DNA of 64,000 nt from Eledone cirrhosa (Eukaryota): the NCBI GenBank assembly GCA_964016885.1, contig OZ024753.1:25172001-25236000 (forward strand), read 5' to 3'. Shown piece by piece: positions 59,201 through 64,000 of this stretch; position 1 is the stretch's first letter; each line of letters starts with the position of its first letter. The notes under the pieces are model-generated. The model ran no database searches. It had not been told where the DNA came from and was given only the letters and a program-made list of their open reading frames with translations. Both the position numbers and the translations under genes were made by a program.

Positions 59201-62200
59201 CAAGATATAGAAACATGACAGTAATAACTCCAACCAAGACATAGAAACATGATAGTAATAACTCCAACCAAAATATAGAAACATGATAGTAATAACTCCA
59301 AACAAGATATAGAAACATGACAGTAATAACTCCGACCAAGATATAGAAACATGATAATAATAACTCCAACCAAAATATAGAAACATGATAGTAATAACTC
59401 CAAACAAGATATAGAAACATGACAGTAATAACTCCAACCAAGACATAGAAACATGATAGTAATAACTCCAGTCAAGATATAGAAACATGATAGTAATAAC
59501 CCCAATCAAGTTATAGAAACATGATAGTAATAACTCCAACCAAGACATAGAAACATGATAGTAATAACTCCCGCCAAGATATAGAAACATGATAGTAATA
59601 ACTCCAACCAAGACATAGAAACAGGATAGTAATAACTCCAACCAAGACATAGAAACACTATAGTAATAACTCCAGACAAGACATAGAAACAGGATAGTAA
59701 TAACTCCAGACAAGACATAGAAACATGATAGTTATAACTCCAACCAAGACATAGAAACATGATAATAATAACTCCAACCAAAATATAGAAACATGATAGT
59801 AATAACTCCAAACAAGATATAGAAACATGACAGTAATAACTCCAACCAAGACATAGAAACATGATAGTAATAACTCCAGTCAAGATATCGAAACATGATA
59901 GTAATAACTCCAGTCAAGATATAGAAACATGATAGTAATAACTCCAGCCAAGACATAGAAACATGATAGTAATAACTCCAGTCAAGATATAGAAACATGA
60001 TAGTAATAACCCCAATCAAGTTATAGAAACATGATAGTAATAACTCCAACCAAGACATAGAAACATGATAGTAATAACTCCCGCCAAGATATAGAAACAT
60101 GATAGTAATAACTCCAACCAAGACATAGAAACAGGATAGTAATAACTCCAACCAAGACATAGAAACAGGATAGTAATAACTCCAGACAAGACATAGAAAC
60201 AGGATAGTAATAACTCCAGACAAGACATAGAAACATGATAGTTATAACTCCAACCAAGACATAGAAACATGATAATAATAACTCCAACCAAAATATAGAA
60301 ACATGATAGTAATAACTCCAAACAAGATATAGAAACATGACAGTAATAACTCCAACCAAGACATAGAAACATGATAGTAATAACTCCAGTCAAGATATCG
60401 AAACATGATAGTAATAACTCCAGTCAAGATATAGAAACATGATAGTAAGAACTCCAACCAAGACATAGAAACAGGATAGTAATAACTCCAACCAAAATAT
60501 AGAAACATGATAGTAATAACTCCAAACAAGATATAGAAACATGACATTAATAACTCCAACCAAGACATAGAAACATGATAGTAATAACTCCAACCAAAAT
60601 ATAGAAACATGATAGTAATAACTCCAAACAAGATATAGAAACATGACAGTAATAACTCCGACCAAGATATAGAAACATGATAATAATAACTCCAACCAAA
60701 ATATAGAAACATGATAGTAATAACTCCAAACAAGATATAGAAACATGACAGTAATAACTCCAACCAAGACATAGAAACATGATAGTAATAACTCCAGTCA
60801 AGATATAGAAACATGATAGTAATAACCCCAATCAAGTTATAGAAACATGATAGTAATAACTCCAACCAAGACATAGAAACATGATAGTAATAACTCCCGC
60901 CAAGATATAGAAACATGATAGTAATAACTCCAACCAAGACATAGAAACAGGATAGTAATAACTCCAACCAAGACATAGAAACAGGATAGTAATAACTCCA
61001 GACAAGACATAGAAACAGGATAGTAATAACTCCAGACAAGACATAGAAACATGATAGTTATAACTCCAACCAAGACATAGAAACATGATAATAATAACTC
61101 CAACCAAAATATAGAAACATGATAGTAATAACTCCAAACAAGATATAGAAACATGACAGTAATAACTCCAACCAAGACATAGAAACATGATAGTAATAAC
61201 TCCAGTCAAGATATCGAAACATGATAGTAATAACTCCAGTCAAGATATAGAAACATGATAGTAATAACTCCAGCCAAGACATAGAAACATGATAGTAATA
61301 ACTCCAGTCAAGACATAGAAACATGATGGTAATAACTCCAGACAAGACATAGAAACATGATAGTAATAACTCCAGACAAGACATAGAAACATGATAGTAA
61401 TAACTCCAACCAAGATATAGAAACATGATAGTAATAACTCCAGTCAAGATATAAAAACATGATAGTAATAACTCCAAACAAGACATAGAAACATGATAGT
61501 AATAACTCCAACCAAGACATAGAAACATGATAGTAATAACTCCAGTCAAGATATAGAAACATGATAGTAACAACTCCAGTCAAGATATAAAAACATGATA
61601 GTAATAACTCCAAACAAGACATAGAAACATGATAGTAATAAATCCGACCAAAATATGGAAACATGATAGTAATAACTGCAATCAAGACATAGAAACAGGA
61701 TAGTAATAACACCAACCAAGACATAGAAACAGGATAGAATTAACTCCAACCAAGACATAGAAACAGGATAGGAATAACTCCAACCAAGACATAGAAACAG
61801 GATAGTAATAACTCCAGCCAAGATATAGAAACAGGATAGTAATAACTCAAACCAAGACATAGAAACAGGATAGTAATAACTCCAGCCAAGATATAGAAAC
61901 ATGATAGTAATAACTCCAACCAAGATATAGAAACATGATAGTAATAACTCCAACCAAGATATAGAAACATGATAGTAATAACTCCAACCAAGATATAGAA
62001 ACATGATAGTAATAACTCCAACCAAGACATAGAAACAGGATAGTAATAACTCCAACCAAGACATAGAAACAGGATAGTAATAACTGCAGACAAGACATAG
62101 AAACAGGATAGTAATAACTCCAGACAAGACATAGAAACATGATAGTAATAACTCCAACCAAGATATAGAAACATGATAGTAATAACTCCAACCAAGACAT

Positions 62201-62450
62201 AGAAACAGGATAGTAATAACTCCAACCAAGACATAGAAACAGGATAGTAATAACTCCAGACAAGACATAGAAACAGGATAGTAATAACTCCAGACAAGAC
62301 ATAGAAACAGGATAGTAATAACTCCAGACAAGACATAGAAACATGATAGTAATAACTCCAACCAAGACATAGAAACAGGATAGTAATAACTCCAGACAAG
62401 ACATAGAAACATGATAGTAATAACTCCAACCAAGACATAGAAACATGATA
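53300..62450. repeat. Distinct sub-family domain of the array, enriched for the 'aaaat / aaac..gacag' trimer and the 'gttata', 'taagaact', 'tatcga', 'ctccgacc' variants
   Basis: Additional offsets of 1631 (53455/55086), 1326 (59064/60390), 510 (59506/60016) and 408 (56378/56786). No 33-bp monomer occurs between 54775 and 62458. Confidence 0.8.
55020..59620. repeat. Tandem duplication with 2,278-bp period (67 monomers, no indel units)
   Basis: ORF pairs 55086/57364, 56004/58282, 56378/58656 and 56786/59064 are identical. 'ctgcaaac' at ~55454/57732. Confidence 0.88.
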
Positions 62451-64000
62451 GTAATAATCCCGACAAGATATAGAAACATGATAGTAATAACTCCAGTCAA
62501 GAGATAGAAACATGATAGTAATAACTCCAGTCGAGACATAGAAACATGATAGTAATAACTCCAGTCAAGATATAGAAACATGATAGTAATAACTCCAGTC
62601 AAGATATAGAAACATGATAGTAATAACTCCAATCAAGACATAGAAACATGATAGTAATAACTCCAGTCTAGATATAGAAACATGATAGTAATAACTCCAG
62701 TCAAGATATAGAAACATGTTAGTAATAACTCCAACCAAGACATAGAAACATGATAGTAATAACTCCAGTCAAGATATAGAAACATAATAGTAATAACTCC
62801 AATCAAGGTATAGAAACATGATAGTAATAACTCCAGTCAAGATATAGAAACATGATAGTAATATCTCCAGCCAAGATATAGAAACATGATAGTAATAACT
62901 CCAACCAAGACATAGAAACATGATAGTAATAACTCCAACCGAGACATAGAAACAGGATAGTAATAACTCAAACCAAGATATAGAAACAGAATAGTAATAA
63001 CTCCAACCAAAATATAGAAACATGATAGTAATAACTCCAAGCAAGATATAGAAACAGGATAGTAATAACTCCAACCAAGACATAGAAACAGGATCGTAAT
63101 AACTCCAACCAAAATATGGAAACATGATAGTAATAACTGCAATCAAGACATAGAAACAGGATAGTAATAACTCCAACCAAGACATAGAAACAGGATAGTA
63201 ATAACTCCAACCAAGACATAGAAACAGGATAGTAATAACTCCAACCAAGACATAGAAACAGGATAGTAATAACTCCAGCCAAGATATAGAAACAGGATAG
63301 TAATAACTCCAACCAAGATATAGAAACAGGATAGTAATAACTCCAGCCAAGATATAGAAACAGTATAGTAATAACTCCAACCAAGACATAGAAACAGGAT
63401 AGTAATAACTCCAACCAAGATATAGAAACATGATAGTAATAACTCCAGCCAAGATATAGAAACAGGATAGTAATAACTCCAACCAAGACATAGAAACAGG
63501 ATAGTAATAACTCCAACCAAGATATAGAAACATGATAGTAAGAACTCCAACCAAGACATAGAAACAGGATAGTAATAACTCCAACCAAGATATAGAAACA
63601 TGATAATAATAACTCCAACCAAAATATAGAAACATGATAGTAATAACTCCAAACAAGATATAGAAACATGACAGTAATAACTCCAACCAAGACATAGAAA
63701 CATGATAGTAATAACTCCAGTCAAGATATAGAAACATGATAGTAATAACCGCAATCAAGTTATAGAAACATGATAGTAATAACTCCAACCAAGACATAGA
63801 AACATGATAGTAATAACTCCCGCCAAGATATAGAAACATGATAGTAATAACTCCAACCAAGACATAGAAACAGGATAGTAATAACTCCAACCAAGACATA
63901 GAAACAGGATAGTAATAACTCCAGACAAGACATAGAAACAGGATAGTAATAACTCCAGACAAGACATAGAAACATGATAGTTATAACTCCAACCAAGACA

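Larger units (their letters stand above)
1..64000. repeat. 34-bp-monomer tandem satellite array, about 1,883 copies, head-to-tail in one orientation, running off both window ends
   Basis: The unit ATAACTCCAACCAAGACATAGAAACATGATAGTA and its point variants repeat without interruption. Monomer starts are at 1 and 63983, and 63982 + 43 (33-bp units) - 3 (35-bp units) = 64022 = 1883 x 34, so no other net indel or insert is needed. Confidence 0.99.

Noticed and set aside
419-63996. Hundreds of minus-strand ORFs up to 554 aa resembling hydrophobic membrane proteins
   Set aside because: They overlap in all three frames with the same cyclic peptide. The DNA period (34) is not a codon multiple, and starts and stops are set by satellite variants. 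They are translation artefacts of the repeat.
1-64000. CRISPR array (unit length in the CRISPR repeat range)
   Set aside because: Units are directly adjacent with no unique spacers. The variable part is only a few recurring bases, and there is no leader or cas gene in the window.
1-64000. 34-aa repeat protein such as TALE or TPR (102-bp period)
   Set aside because: The 34-aa period is simply three 34-bp monomers. There is no TALE LTPxQVVAIAS/RVD motif or TPR consensus, and the frame is frequently broken.
1-64000. Telomerase-type telomeric repeat
   Set aside because: There is no G-run-rich canonical motif. Inherited multi-kb patterns of variants indicate recombinational duplication rather than templated addition. 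A recombination-maintained terminal satellite cannot be excluded from this window alone.
1-64000. Pure technical concatemer (rolling-circle or primer artefact)
   Set aside because: Variants are shared in hierarchical, ordered patterns across tens of kb with almost no random indels, which is unlike amplification or read error. Individual large duplications still need read-level confirmation.

Overview
The whole 64,000-nt window is one uninterrupted, single-orientation tandem array (satellite / long minisatellite) of a 34-bp AT-rich monomer. The consensus is ATAACTCCA[AC/GC/GT/GA/AT]CAAGA[C/T]ATAGAAACA[T/G]GATAGTA (about 32% GC, 50% A on the + strand). The register works out to exactly 1,883 complete monomers plus an 18-nt partial once the 43 copies of a 33-bp variant and 3 copies of a 35-bp variant that I found are counted. 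I see no unique sequence, gene, RNA gene, transposon or CRISPR spacer. All listed ORFs are minus-strand by-products of a monomer whose reverse complement has no stop codon in any frame. The structure of interest is hierarchical. Rare variant monomers recur in a fixed order that defines a loose 1.1-1.8 kb higher-order repeat (HOR). That HOR is nested in near-identical tandem duplications of about 2.3, 3.6, 6.35 and 6.42 kb and in dispersed duplications 16.7, 19.4 and 28.3 kb apart, some with breakpoints mappable to 10-15 bp. I cannot assign the organism or satellite family. The architecture is most typical of eukaryotic heterochromatic satellite DNA (inference), and I do not find support for a new coding system here.
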